Source of the DNA: the human T2T-CHM13v2.0 reference genome, Homo sapiens
Direction: 5' to 3' (one strand)
NCBI RefSeq assembly: GCF_009914755.1
Contig: NC_060937.1
Length of the DNA: 64,000 bases
A program made the position numbers and the translations under genes. The notes below the pieces were generated by a model. It did no database searches and was not told the DNA's origin. It saw nothing but the letters and a program-made list of their open reading frames with translations. This document shows positions 15,621 through 28,659 of the stretch, piece after piece; the first letter of the stretch is position 1, and every line of letters begins with the position of its first letter.

Positions 15621-16187
15621 CTCTAGGCCCCTGCTTCCTGCCAGGGCCTCCTATTGGCTCAACCCCACCAGAAGCCAGAGAGCAGGGAAGCCTGGTTGAT
15701 GCAGTCCTCAGAGGCTGGTGCAGGTTGGTGAAATCCACGGGCTGTGTAGTTTTGGACCTGACATTTCAGCTGTCTGAGTCCCTGTTTTCTCATCTGTAAA
15801 ATACCAGAACTACCTCAAAAGTTTTCTGTGACCCTTTCAGCTAAGGTTCTTTGTTTCACTTACTCCGTGATGAGTGGATTTGGTGACCTAAGTGAGTTAG
15901 GTCATTTAGTGCACAGTTGCTGACTGTTTAACATGAGACATCGGTGGGCCCTGCAGTTAGGGAGCTTATGTCTAATGAGGGAGATGAGATGTGCACAAGT
16001 AGGTCCAGCCGTGTTGTAGGTCTAGCTGTGGACAGAACCACATGCATTCAGAGGAAGTGATCTTTCATACCTGGGGTGTGAGATTTGATGGCAAAGACCT
16101 GGGGTGACCTTCATTCTGTGGTTGGGAGTCTGCATTATTCTCCAAGTAGGAAAAAAACAGAACACTTCTAGAGTCAGTCTATATATA

Positions 16188-16475
16188 CCACTAGGTTCTC
16201 TAAGTATGGTCCTGATACCATCAATGTCTACAGGGAACTTGTTGGAAATCCAAATTCTTGGGTTCCACCCCACCTTCTGAATCTGTGTTACTCCAGGTGA
16301 TTCTGATGCATGTAGATGTTTAAGAAACACTGAGTTATACCATACCAGTGGTTCCCAAACCTGGCTGAAAATCAGAATCAGATGAAGACTTTAAACATAC
16401 ACACACATGTGCACACTGACGCTAGGCTCCTGGGCTGTACTTCAGATCTATGCAGAATCAGAATCTCCCTGGGGA
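16188..16475. mobile_element. Two MER5-type hAT MITE fragments
   Basis: ccaggtgattctgatgca...aagaaacactg and cagtggttcccaaacctggctg...cagaatcagaatctc. Confidence 0.65.
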
Positions 16476-17067
16476 GATAAATACTTCTCAGATGTGACTA
16501 TTTTCTACTGGTGATCTTAATTGTTGAGATAACATTGAACCTGTTTAATTATTTGCCTTGCTGATACTGCTTGTTCTTCCTTCTGTAGTGGTTTTTTTAC
16601 TCAAACTCTTTCAAAGTTTGAGAGTCTTTAAATTCTGAGAGGTGGCAGCTGTCTTAGTCGGCTCTCTGCTTTGGTTGAGGGTGGAGATGATTGTTCCTGC
16701 CCTGGAGTAGTTGGTAAGGACTTGACATGAAAACTGGATAGCTGTGGATGCTTCTGAAGTCTGACCTTAATGTTGCTTTGTGATTAATTTGCAGCAAATT
16801 TTCATATCACACACACTGCTTATCAAATATTAAGTACAAAAGGCATACTTTGAAGGAAAATTGTAATGATTCTGGGACTATGTCTCTGCCTGGTTAGAGT
16901 TCTTGATGGAAAAGCCTGGAGTTTATTACCACGGAGAATTTGGCACAGGATTTCTGAAAAGTGAACTGGGCAGAGTTGTTGGTCACTTGAGGCCTGAGTT
17001 TTCTGAATATTTCTGGAGACTACATGAGAAAGCAGACTTCCCCACCCCTTTGAATTGTGAAGGCTTT

Positions 17068-17430
17068 GCTGATTATAAATAAAGCTATGAACATTGCTGT
17101 ACATGGCTTTCAGTGGACCTATGCTTTCATCTCTCTTGGGTAAATACCTAGGAAAGGAATTGCCGGTCTTAGGGTAGATGTATATTTAACTTTGCAAGAA
17201 ACGGCCAGTTTTCTAAGCATACCATTTACACTCCCATTAGTCGTGTCTGGGAATTCCAGTTACTTTACATCCTTGCCAACACTTGATATATTGTCAGCCC
17301 TTTCCATTTGATCCATTCTGGTGGGGTGCAGTGTTATCTGTGGTTTTAATTTGCATTTCCCTAATGACTAAAGAGATTGAACTGTTTTTCACGTGCTCAC
17401 TGACCATTCGTTTGTATAGCTTCTTCAGCG
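17068..17430 (-). mobile_element. Old L1M fragment
   Basis: ctcttgggtaaatacctagga; gttttaatttgcatttccctaatgacta. Confidence 0.75.
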
Positions 17431-17439
17431 AAATATTAA

Positions 17440-17930
<491 letters not shown>

Positions 17931-18341
17931 GAGGTCACCTTTTATGCTGGTTAAGCCTCTAGCCCTGCCCTATCTCTGCAGAATTTAGGTTTCCCTCTGC
18001 CATGCTTCTGTAGTGCTGAGTCTACATCTCCGTGGCCACACTTGCCATGCTGTGTGCAAGCTTCTGTGCGTCTCACTCTTTGCATTCACCGTGCTTATGC
18101 CATCATCTGCCATGGAGTCTAAGCCCAATATTGCTGGATTAATTTATTACCCATTTCATCCTCCCAGCCACTCTGTGCAAAAAGATGTGTTAGCCTTAAA
18201 TCAGGGACAAAGGCATAGACCCAAGGGGTCAAGTGACTTGTCCAGTGTGACACAACATATTTGTTATACAGCCAGGCACTACTTACTATAAAGTTTTGAC
18301 TCTTTGACATTACAGTTTTCCAAACAAGTATGTTTTAGGTA

Positions 18342-19360
18342 CAGTGTTCTTTGACCTAGCTTGCTACAGGTACCCATGTACATGTACAGAAATATTTTTC
18401 AAGGGATATGCAGGCACAGGATGGTTTTAAGGGAATCCACTTCCAGACCCTCAACTTACATACACAGTCACCTAAAACTGACTAGCCTTAGAAGGTGCCA
18501 AGCCATGGAAGACATGAAGCTGGTTGGGCCGTCCCATCTCCTCTCTCATGATGGCCATTCTCCCAATTCATACAGAAAGGCAGACTTTGCACCTGTCATC
18601 TTCCTGAGGTGCACTGCTGCAAGATGGAAAACTTCCAGGCTATGTAACAAAGAGACAATGAGAAATATTGATGGTATTAAGAAGTCAATGACTTTAACGA
18701 CTGAAATGTTGCTACTCAGGGGTTTCCACTTCTTAGCTTTCACAGAAATCAAAGGAGACCTAATCAAGATGTTAATAAATGATTTAAAATATTTTTAACT
18801 TACGAGAGACCATATCTGGACTTTGTCCATGTAACTCAGAAGACTTCAAAGAGTTAAGATATATCATGACAAATCTCCTTGCGTTTTCAAGTATTTATTT
18901 TTGTGAACAAAGTTTTTCCGGGTTTGCATAAAAATCCTCCAAGACAGGAAAACAAGCGATGCTGGGCCATACCTCACTCTAGCAAAAAGTGATAGTCATT
19001 CAGGGGTAAATTAACAAACTAAAAAAAAAGCCCTATACATTTCATTAAAAAAACCATTTCTGTCCGGGTGCGATGGCTCACGCCTGTAATCCCAGCACTT
19101 TGGGAGTCTGAGGCGGGCAGATTGCTTGAGCCCAGGAGTTCAAGTCCAGCCTGGGCAACATAGTGAGACCACTATCTCTGAAAAAAAAAAAGAAAAGAAA
19201 AGAAAAAGAAATACACTTCCAGATAAAACTTTGCTTTTTATATGTAATAATTTATAAAAATGGTAACATATTGTTTTCATCATTTGTGTACTCATAATAG
19301 TTGTGTTAACTCAGTTCAGAAAAAAATCATAGCAATTAGATTCTTATGGCTTAATACTCT
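18342..19360 (+). mobile_element. Charlie-type hAT remnant (interrupted by an Alu monomer and the Tigger)
   Basis: cagtgttct start; decayed hAT dimerisation-like region (tatttatttttgtgaacaaagtttttc). Confidence 0.45.
19063..19210 (+). mobile_element. Free left Alu monomer (FLAM-like)
   Basis: Single Alu left arm with A/GAAAA tail. Confidence 0.85.
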
Positions 19361-19368
19361 TAAATGTA

Positions 19369-22009
19369 GAGTCAATTATCATTATTTGTGGTAGTTATGT
19401 TCTAGAAAGTTACCTTGATCATTGAATTACTGACAAATGCAACACTGCTCTGAGGAGAAATATAGCGTTAGGATCCACGAAGACTCTGGCCAGAACATTT
19501 TGCCAACCAATCAATACATAACCTTGTTTTATGTGTATTTTTGTTTGAAGATAGCTTATTTAATATAAATTTCTTACAAGTACTCATATGCAGTATTTCT
19601 TTATAATAAACACTGTGTTTCAGTTACAGCATTATGTACTCCTATGACTGTACTAGTTTAATTCTCAGTCATAAGTACACACATGCACACAATACACATA
19701 CATATACAGTACTCACATAACACGGAATACTGTGAACATGCTTTATACTGTATAGCACAGTAATAACAAATACATAAAGTCCTGAAAAAAGCATTAAGTG
19801 AAGATTAAGCATTTAAAGTTTTATACACATTAACTAAAGTCTTACTGTAATGGAGCTGCAGGATGTGTGATGGTCAGTGAGTGCACTGTGGTTTACCCTA
19901 TCAACCTTAGCTTGCCCCATGAAAATCAAAAGAGGCTGGTGGAACTCACCCTGCACAAGAGGAAGATGTCAGTAAGAGCAGCACATTGTGATCTGGCAGA
20001 GCTACCTTAGGAGTTTGTCTTTTGCAACTTGTTGATGGTGTTGGCAACTGTCTCTCAAACTGGCTAGAAAAATTGGTTCAGCCTTGTCTGCCTGGCTTTT
20101 TGCCTCAAATCTTTAAGCATCTCAGAATAAGGGATAAATGCAGTGGAAGTGAGGTGCTTAAATGTGAGGCCACGTTCAAGTACAGGGTCACATTCTTCCA
20201 TGTCATTGAAAATGTTTTCCAAGGCAGAATTCTATTCTGATATTTTGGCTGCTGTGAGAAGGACAATTCTTGGAGTCTTAGGGTGACTTTCATCCCTGAC
20301 TATGCTCCCATGTTTTGCCATCTCATCCAGGTTTTTGTTTGTGGGTTCTACTGCCTTCTCTGACAAAATTTCCTCCACATCTTCTTCCTTCATGTCATTG
20401 AAACCTTCTCCACTTATTTGCCTTGCAATATGCATTGTTTTTTTACATTGTTTTTTATATTTTCTGAAACACCTTCAAAGCCTTGAAAAGTTTTCACAGA
20501 GTCTGGCCAAATGTTTTCCCAGCAGTTATTGATAGTAGCCTGCTTGATGCTGTCCCACGCTGTGCCAACATAATCAATAATGCTGCGTATAGTGAGTGAT
20601 TTCCAGTAGTCTGTCATGGTGGCTTCCTTGTTGGCGTCAAGAGCCTCACAAGCTTTACAATAAAGTTCCCTCGTGTAGTGTGCCTTGAAAGTTTGTATTA
20701 TGCCCTGAGGGGCTGGACGAGAGATGTAGTATTGGGGGCATGAAAAGAACTTCTTTGTTGCGGTGAGCATTTTCAAGTTCATCGTGCAATGAACTGGGGC
20801 ATTATCCAAAATTAATAAGACCCAGAAAGCAAGGTTTTTGCCCTAGAGATATCGTTCAACTTCTGGAATGAAGCAGTGGTGGAACCAATCCCAGAATATT
20901 TCAGATACCAGCCATGCTTTTCTGTTCTACCGCCAATGGACTGGCATGCAGTTCAGATTTTTCCCTTTAAGGGCTCATGGGTTTTGGGCTCTGTACACCA
21001 TCAGAGGTTTGCACTTAAAGTCGCCCTTGGCATTGGTGCACAATAGCAAGGTTGAATGCTTTAAAGTCAGGGGCTCGTGTGACCATTTACATTACATAGG
21101 TTCATTTGCCAACATTCTTATAAAACAAGCAGTCTCATCAGCATTGAAAACCTGCTCTTTACCATAACCCTTTAACCCTTTTCACGTATAACACTTAGCA
21201 GACATTTTAAAAATTCTTCCGCAGCCTCCTTATGGCAGAACCTGCCTTGCCTGCAAGTTTAAAATTTGATTTCATGCTGTACCGCCTTTTGAAACGTGCC
21301 AGCCAGCCTGCACTGGCTGAGAAGGGTTTAATATTTTCCTGACCTTGGGTAACATGGCTGTAAATTTCTTTGGCTTTCAGCCTCACAACAGTACTGCTCA
21401 CTACACTACAAAAGTCCATATATGACTTTTTTTATTGGTTGTCGTCTCATGAATCCACAATTTTAGCTGCTTTTCCATCTTTTCCATAGCTTCATCACAC
21501 ACTATAGATGTTACTTTAGCACTTTCTGGAGCAGCCTCATGTACAGATGTGAATGCACTGTATTGTTGATTCATTAACATTGAACTCATGGCCAACAGCA
21601 CTATAACTCATGCCCGAACAAAGCTTATCTAACACATGTATTTTCTCTGTTAAGACACATCACAGCCTTCTTGCGCTTAGGGACATTAGACAGCATTTCA
21701 GCACTACGTTTGGGGGCCATTTGAAACAGAAATCACCATCGGAAAGCATAGAAATTTGAAAAATGTGACACTAAGTAGAGTGAGAAGAGGACATATGTTT
21801 ACAGAATGAGAACTAAAAAAAAAAGGCAGAGCATGGCCTTATTCAAGCACAGCTGGGAACGTGTACATAAGGTGATCCAAATTTTTCACTGTTCTGCTTG
21901 TGTCCATATATGACTGAGAGTGCTTCAAGTATTGATTTTTGGGTTACACATAATTTTTAGCCAAGTAGCTGAGTTCATAAATACAGACTCTTTGAATGAT
22001 GATTGACTG
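19369..22009 (-). mobile_element. Near full-length TcMar-Tigger DNA transposon with MER82-like termini and a decayed pogo-type DDE transposase
   Basis: TA at 19367-68 and 22010-11; TIRs gagtcaattatcatt / aatgatgattgactg; ORF pieces FSASAGWLARFKRRY (CENP-B-type HTH) and MDNAP..QGIIQTFKAHY..AWDSIKQATINNCW (DDE_1). Confidence 0.9.
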
Positions 22010-23159
22010 TATTTGTAGAGGTTACTTGCCAAAAAAGAGTGTGTTTCAAGCATAAAAATAGACTATATGAGGATACAACTTTTTGGGTGAAGTGGAATGA
22101 ATTAAAGGAGAAAGAATTAATGTCTGACTTGTTCAGAAACTTTTTAGATGGAGAAATGGGTATTATGTTTCTATTACACTTAGATTCTATTGGATATATT
22201 TTTTATAAAGGATGCAATGGTTTAATTTAAAAATGTCATCAGAATGTCAGAAATTACATCCTTTACAACTATTTAAAACTATGAAGAAAAAAATTAGGTA
22301 TTACCTAGATATGTGATAATTTTTGAAAATTATTTTAAAGAGCAAAACGGATTAGGAAGCAGCTTTGCTTTTGCCATTCCACTGAAAAAATGTACAGTTT
22401 CGATGGAAACATGTCAGCACTTGCTTGAAGGAATTTTTCAACTATAGAAAGAAAAAAGCTTCATTTCATCCCTTTTGGCATTGCTGAACACTTGGTTTTG
22501 ATGTATAATTTTAAAACACCTGAGCACCATAAAATGAAACCACAGTATTCCTGAGTAGCCTGGTGAAATGTCGTGATTTTCTCCTACAGTACAGAAGGAC
22601 AAAAATGCCTTTAATGTCCTCAAATGCTAGAGTTCTAGATGACGCATTAGTTTAAATGTCAACGCTTAATGTCTTCACATGTAATTTGGAACATAAGTTT
22701 TCTTACAGTTAAAATAATCCTTAGAGCAAAAAACAAAATAAAGTTTTTCGTATGCCTCAGGCTTCTTAAAATTTTCTAGTAATTGGTACTGTTTCTGGTT
22801 TCCTTAGTTTCTTGCCGTGGGTAAGGTCCAAACACCTTACATGTGTTGCTGGTGGCCCTCACAATTCTACCTTGGACTAAAGCACTAGGGAGTCTGTAGG
22901 CGCCTTCCTGCGCTCCTCCACTGCGGTGGATCCACAATTTCTTCTCAGCTGACTTACTGGTTTTCATGTTAACTATTTCGGTTAATCATTCATGAAGCAC
23001 GTGGCTTATATTTGGGAAAACATTGCACCTTAATCCCAACATGCATAATTTATGTTGCTTAATTATTTTAAGTCATTGCATTAGAATAGTAACTGCGCTC
23101 TCCATGAGCCTAGGCTAGAAAGAAGGGAAAAAATCCCAGGTTCTCTCCCAACGATCAGG

Positions 23160-24170
23160 GGTTACTCAAGCCGCCCGAGTTCTCTGGGGCCCCTCTGGGC
23201 CAGGCTGCGTCCACTTGGGAGAGGCCGAGGACCTGGCGCCAAGAGGCGGCGGTGTCTGCGCTAGGGGCCGAGCGGGTGCGCTGTGTCTGCGGGGCCAGGC
23301 CAAGGACCTGGAGCAGGGAGGAGGCCGAGCGCGGAGCCGGGCCTTGTCGGCTGCGTCCGCGGGGCTAGGGTAGAGACCGAAGACTGGACAGGAGGAGGCG
23401 GCGGTGGCCGCGCGCGGGGCCAACCGGTGGGCTCCCTCTACCGGACCGAGGCCCAGCACTGGGCCAGAGGAGGTGGCAGCTCGCCGGCAAAGCAGGGTGG
23501 GCTGCGTCCGCGGGGGCGAACACCCGACGCTATCCGAAGACGTCCCGCGCGGGCCGGCGGGGGCGCGGTCTGAGGACGTCACTTCCGGCGCCGGGGCTCA
23601 CTTCCTGGTGCGGGAAGGGGCAGAGATTGGTGCAGCCCCGGAGGAAGAAAAAAGGGTGAGGAGAAGCAGCGGCTGAGCGGGTTGGCATCTGGGGCAGCGG
23701 GCTCGCTCCAGGCCGTCGGGGGCCGCTCGCCAGCGTCGCCCGCTGTGTTGGGAGCGCGGGCCGTGGGCGTCGCTCGGCCTTGTCCGCGGCGTCCCCGCTG
23801 CCGGCCACGGCGCTCAGCGCTTGTGCTCTGTATTGCAGGTCTACCCCGAGCCCCGGAGCGAGAGCGAGTGCCTGAGCAACATCCGCGAGTTCCTGCGCGG
23901 CTGCGGGGCTTCCCTGCGGCTGGAGGTGAGCGCGGGCGGCCACGGGCCGAGGGAGGGGCCGGGAAGACGGGGTTGGGCCCGGGGTGGGTGCTTCGCTCCA
24001 GCCGGACCTCCTGCCTCCTCCGCGCCCGGATCCGACCCTCCCCGGCTGCTCGAGAGTCCGGGATGTGTGGAACGGGGCGTTGCGGGTTTGGGTAATGGCC
24101 GGGAGGTGGCGGCGCGCGGGCCACCCCCAGGGCAGGGTGGAGTCTGCGTGTGGAACCCCAGACATTGCTC
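23160..24170. promoter_or_regulatory. ARHGEF7: CpG island / internal promoter of ARHGEF7
   Basis: Very high GC and CpG density; GACGTCACTTCCGG (overlapping CRE/ETS) at 23575-23588; second ETS core CACTTCCTG at ~23599. Confidence 0.85.
23839..23925 (+). CDS. ARHGEF7: ARHGEF7 (beta-PIX) coding exon, CH domain, phase 0/0
   Basis: tattgcag|GTC...GAG|gtgagc; 87 nt encoding VYPEPRSESECLSNIREFLRGCGASLRLE, recognised from the beta-PIX N-terminus. Confidence 0.95.
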
Positions 24171-24856
24171 TCGTTCCAGTGAGGAAGAGTGGTTCTGGTC
24201 GCTGGTGGTGCAGGTGACACACATTTTCAACAACCGTTTATCAGGGGTGTGAACCGATTTCTTGGCACCTGCCTCAGCATGAACTCTGCTTTTAGAGATT
24301 GTCATCTAAGGGCTGGCATCTAGGTCTGGGTCAGGCCTTAGAATCCTCAGCAGGTGATCAGGCAAAGTCGTGCAGAAATAAAATGGGCCAGCCCTCCGCC
24401 TGCTTCTCCCAGCCGCACTCCTTTCTCTGCTTTTTCTTCCTGAGACCAGAAATTCGGTGGTTTTTCCGTACCCTCAACACTTAATGTCCAGAGAATTCAC
24501 ATTAACCAGTATGTGACGTTTATAAAACATGCTGTCGGGGAACATACTGGGCGGGGTCTCGATTCCCTGTTGTAAAATGTTGTGTCACTTTACTAAACAT
24601 TGTCTTTTCAGTCTTTCAGTGGCAGTTTCTGGGAATTTAACTCTTTCATTTTATTTTGCTATTGCGATTCTTCCTACACTTGGGGTAGCACTTTAAATAC
24701 AGAAATCTAGCTTTGCTTTTCTTGGGATCTGCTTAAGTGGTTGCAGTCAGTCCTGTACTTAAGTCCTGCCGTTTATGTTGCCACTTTGTCACTCTTAACC
24801 TTAGTTTTCTTATCTGTAAACTGAGATGGGCAATATCAAGCTCCCAGATAAGAGTA

Positions 24857-25140
24857 CAGTCGGCCCTCCGTATCCAAGGTTACCCACCCGTGTATTCAGC
24901 CAACCTTGGATTGGAAATACTGGAGGAGGGGGAAACCAATTAAAAAAAAACAATAAAAAACAACACAGTATAATGATTATTTACATATCATTTATAATGT
25001 ACTAGGTAGTGTATGAAACCTAGAGATGATTTAATGTTTACGGGACTATGCCATTTTATATAAAAGACTTGAGCATCTGAGGGTTTTGGTATCCACCGGG
25101 ATCCTGGAACCAATTCCCTGCTGATAAAAAGGGACAACTG
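24857..25140 (-). mobile_element. MER2 (Tigger-family MITE)
   Basis: TA|cagtcggccctccgtatcc ... gggacaactg|TA. Confidence 0.85.
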
Positions 25141-25675
25141 TATATGAAAGCATCTTTGTAGAACCTGTTATGTAGGATAACCCAACAGAGGTTTCCCTTC
25201 CCGAAGAATATTTTGCTATAGGTTTCTCGGAAAATCTAGAACATCAAATCTGTGAGGGCAGGTTACATGGAAAGTTTATTTAATTGAATTAGACATGTAG
25301 GAATTCATAGATTAAAGTATTACTGGCGTTGTTTATGATTGTAAACACAAAGAAATTTATTGTTGGTAGTATTTCATGTTGGCAAGGAAATTATTACACG
25401 TAAGTGAAAGTGCTAGGGGAGATTCCAAGAAACTTAGGGCCTTTTTAAAGGGGAAAAAGACAGTGTTTCAGTAGTCTTTCCCTGATACCCTTTGTCGTAT
25501 CAGCTTTGTCATTTGTAATCCAGCTGCCTTATTGGCTGTGATAATATGCCTTGCTAGTGGCAGGTTTTACTTTCTCTTCACCTTTGTGAGGGATTTTATT
25601 ATATTATCCTCTTGAAACTACTGAGTTTTGTTTACGTTAACATACTTTTGAAACTCAATTGGCACATTAAGATTA

Positions 25676-26028
<353 letters not shown>

Positions 26029-27322
26029 AAAGTAAATTGAATGTTAAAAACTTACCGTTTTTAGTTTTCCAAAGGTTGCTGACATTTCATACAGTAACTA
26101 TTGTTTTTATAATTAAGAGTTTATTTGAAGGTTTTCTGGAAGAGTTTTCACTAACATATTCCAAGCATCTACAATAGTGCTTGGCACATAATAGGCTTTC
26201 AATAAATATTTGTTACTAATAGAATGAACTTGAGGTTGTAAGTGATAGCAAGTGAGTTTCATTTTAAAGTAAAAAATTAGTTTTGACTTATTTTGTGCTA
26301 TTTTTAAAGAGTAAATATCTCTTCCAGTAAATTTAAGCAAGAGGCAAATGTTAGCATTCTTCAAGCTTAGTGTGAGTCACACTTGTAATTACCTAGGAGA
26401 TAATAAAAATGAAAATATGAAAACAGCACATGAAAAACCTGATAAATTGTTCAGTCATTGTGTTTTTTGGGAAGTTACCCTGAGAAGTCATTTTGTATGC
26501 TATGCATCCAGCTCTGGCTTCCAGCCTTGTAAGGTGATGTGAAGGGACGGGGCTGGGCCCTGAAGGACTTGGTCATCTCCCATGCGGGCCACAGTGCAGC
26601 AATTTCCCAGTGTTTAAGAATTGCTTAGGGAGTCAGGAGGGAAGGGCCTTGCACTTGTGAAATATGTTGTGAGATTTACACATTTCATTTTCACAAAATT
26701 CTGAAAGGTGGGAAATTGATAAGAAATGTTTTGAAACTACAGACACAAAACTTAAAACTAATAGCTTAAATTCTAGATTAGCTTTTGTTCTATAGTTGTA
26801 AATGTCAAGGTGCTTTTCTTCCAGGGGTTAGTTTAGACTGAATTGTGTTTGTAACAGATTGTTTTTGGTGTATATATTCTTATTTACTGTCAGTTTAAGC
26901 TCTGCTAAGATTTGTTAAAGGGAAAAAGGAAGTAAACTTGGTTAATATGTCAGCTGTTTTGGTGCATGCCCTCCTTAATTACCTGTAGAAAATCAGATAT
27001 TATCCCCCAATTGTTTTGATTATGAAAATATTTTTATAAATTTGTTTTAAAGGAATATTGTGTGAGTCGCATTTATTGGTAAACTTTGAGAAGCACTGGG
27101 TTTTAAGTTGGAAAACTTTGAAATTTGGAAAATTAAAAAAATTTAATTACTGTTGGAAAGCAGTGCAACTTGGATGACTTCATTTTCTTATAACTTTTTT
27201 ACTTGGCATGCTTAAATTTTTTTTTTTTTCCAGTTAGGGCAAAAAACCCCTAGGCACACAATTTCTATTTGTATCTCAAAAGCAACCAAAATAATAATTA
27301 TTAATAAGAATAATGATGATGT

Positions 27323-27510
27323 TGGCTGGGTGCAGTGGCTCATGCCTGTAATCCTAGCGCTTTGGGAGGCTGAGGCGGGTAGATCACCTTAGGTCAGGAG
27401 TTTGAGACCAGCATGACCAACATGGTGAAACCCCATCTCTACTAATCACGCCACTGCCCTCCAGCCTGGACAACAGAGCAAAACTCTGTCTCAAAAAAAG
27501 AAAAAAAAAA
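27323..27510 (+). mobile_element. Alu with internal deletion, followed by (TGA)n
   Basis: Left arm joined at ctctacta|atcacgccactg directly to the end of the right arm. Confidence 0.85.
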
Positions 27511-28659
27511 TGATGATGATGATGATGTTTGTAGAATTTCACTTGAGGATAAGTAACTTACTGAGGCAAACCAAGCAAGTGATAGGACATTTCTTTGCAT
27601 TTTCTTAGGTAAACAGCTACAGAGAAATTCAGAGTGATTTCTGTTTCCAGTATTTTGCTATGTTACTGTGGAATTCTGATTCAAGTGTTGTAGCTACTGT
27701 AGGATGTGTATGTGTGCATGTGTGTGTGTGCACATGCTTGTTCACTGAAAAGGTCACAATGAATTAGCTTCCAAGATGTTCCCACCCTATGCAACATTGT
27801 CTGATTAGGCATCTGACAACTAGGGAAGCAGGTGAAATGTAACTGGCAAAAGCAGATTTTATGTTCCTAGGAGAAAGCTTGTTTGGTTAAAGCCATCACG
27901 CCTGTAACATGTTTACCAGTTTTTTATTTCAAGAGCTGAAAGTTAAGGATATAAGATTCCAGTTAATTGATACATTATTAAGCTCACATTAATAACGTGG
28001 TTTCAGGAATATTAGCAACAAAATTATTATAATAAAGCTATGGATTTTAACTTAGTTCTGTTTGAAAGAAAGATGTCTACTGTTCTTGATACTTAGCTAT
28101 ATTCATACATAATAGAAAAGGGTAATCTTGATGGATAGTTTGATATTAATGAGGCTTTTTTGCTTAAGAATTGACTGTGGGCTCACATACAGTGTTACCA
28201 TCACTACTTGAAAGGAAAACAAAACATTTCAGATGAAACTGGGTGAGCCTGTTCTCATAGTTGCCAAGAGGGAATAAAGCCAATTTGTCAAGTGTAAGGA
28301 AACCACAGCTCTTTCTTGTCATAGACCATTTCTGGAATAGTTATGTTTGATATGATAGGGATGGTAACCCTAATATATTAATAATTGATCTTTCCAGCTC
28401 CTTGGCACTGCAACTAATACTAAAATTATCTGCAGGTTTCACAGTTGCTGTTCATTTATTTAACTGTTTTTCTGGAAAAGTGGAAAGCATCCAAAGGCCC
28501 AGGTGGTTCAGAACAGAAATCTGCTCTTTTCTCATCCTCACCCTTGGAAGTTTTTGGTTGGCTTTTGGTCTCTCAGATCAACAGAGCATGAAATGTAGAC
28601 CAGCTAGTCACATAAAGCTTGCCTCATATCCAGTTTCTTTTCTTTAATTCTTATATTTT

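Noticed and set aside
20232-21601. Tigger transposase as a domesticated TIGD-like gene
   Set aside because: Broken into at least four short frames
23166-24305. Many overlapping 77-230 aa ORFs
   Set aside because: Stop-codon depletion in a CpG island; only 23839-23925 has splice sites and a recognised peptide
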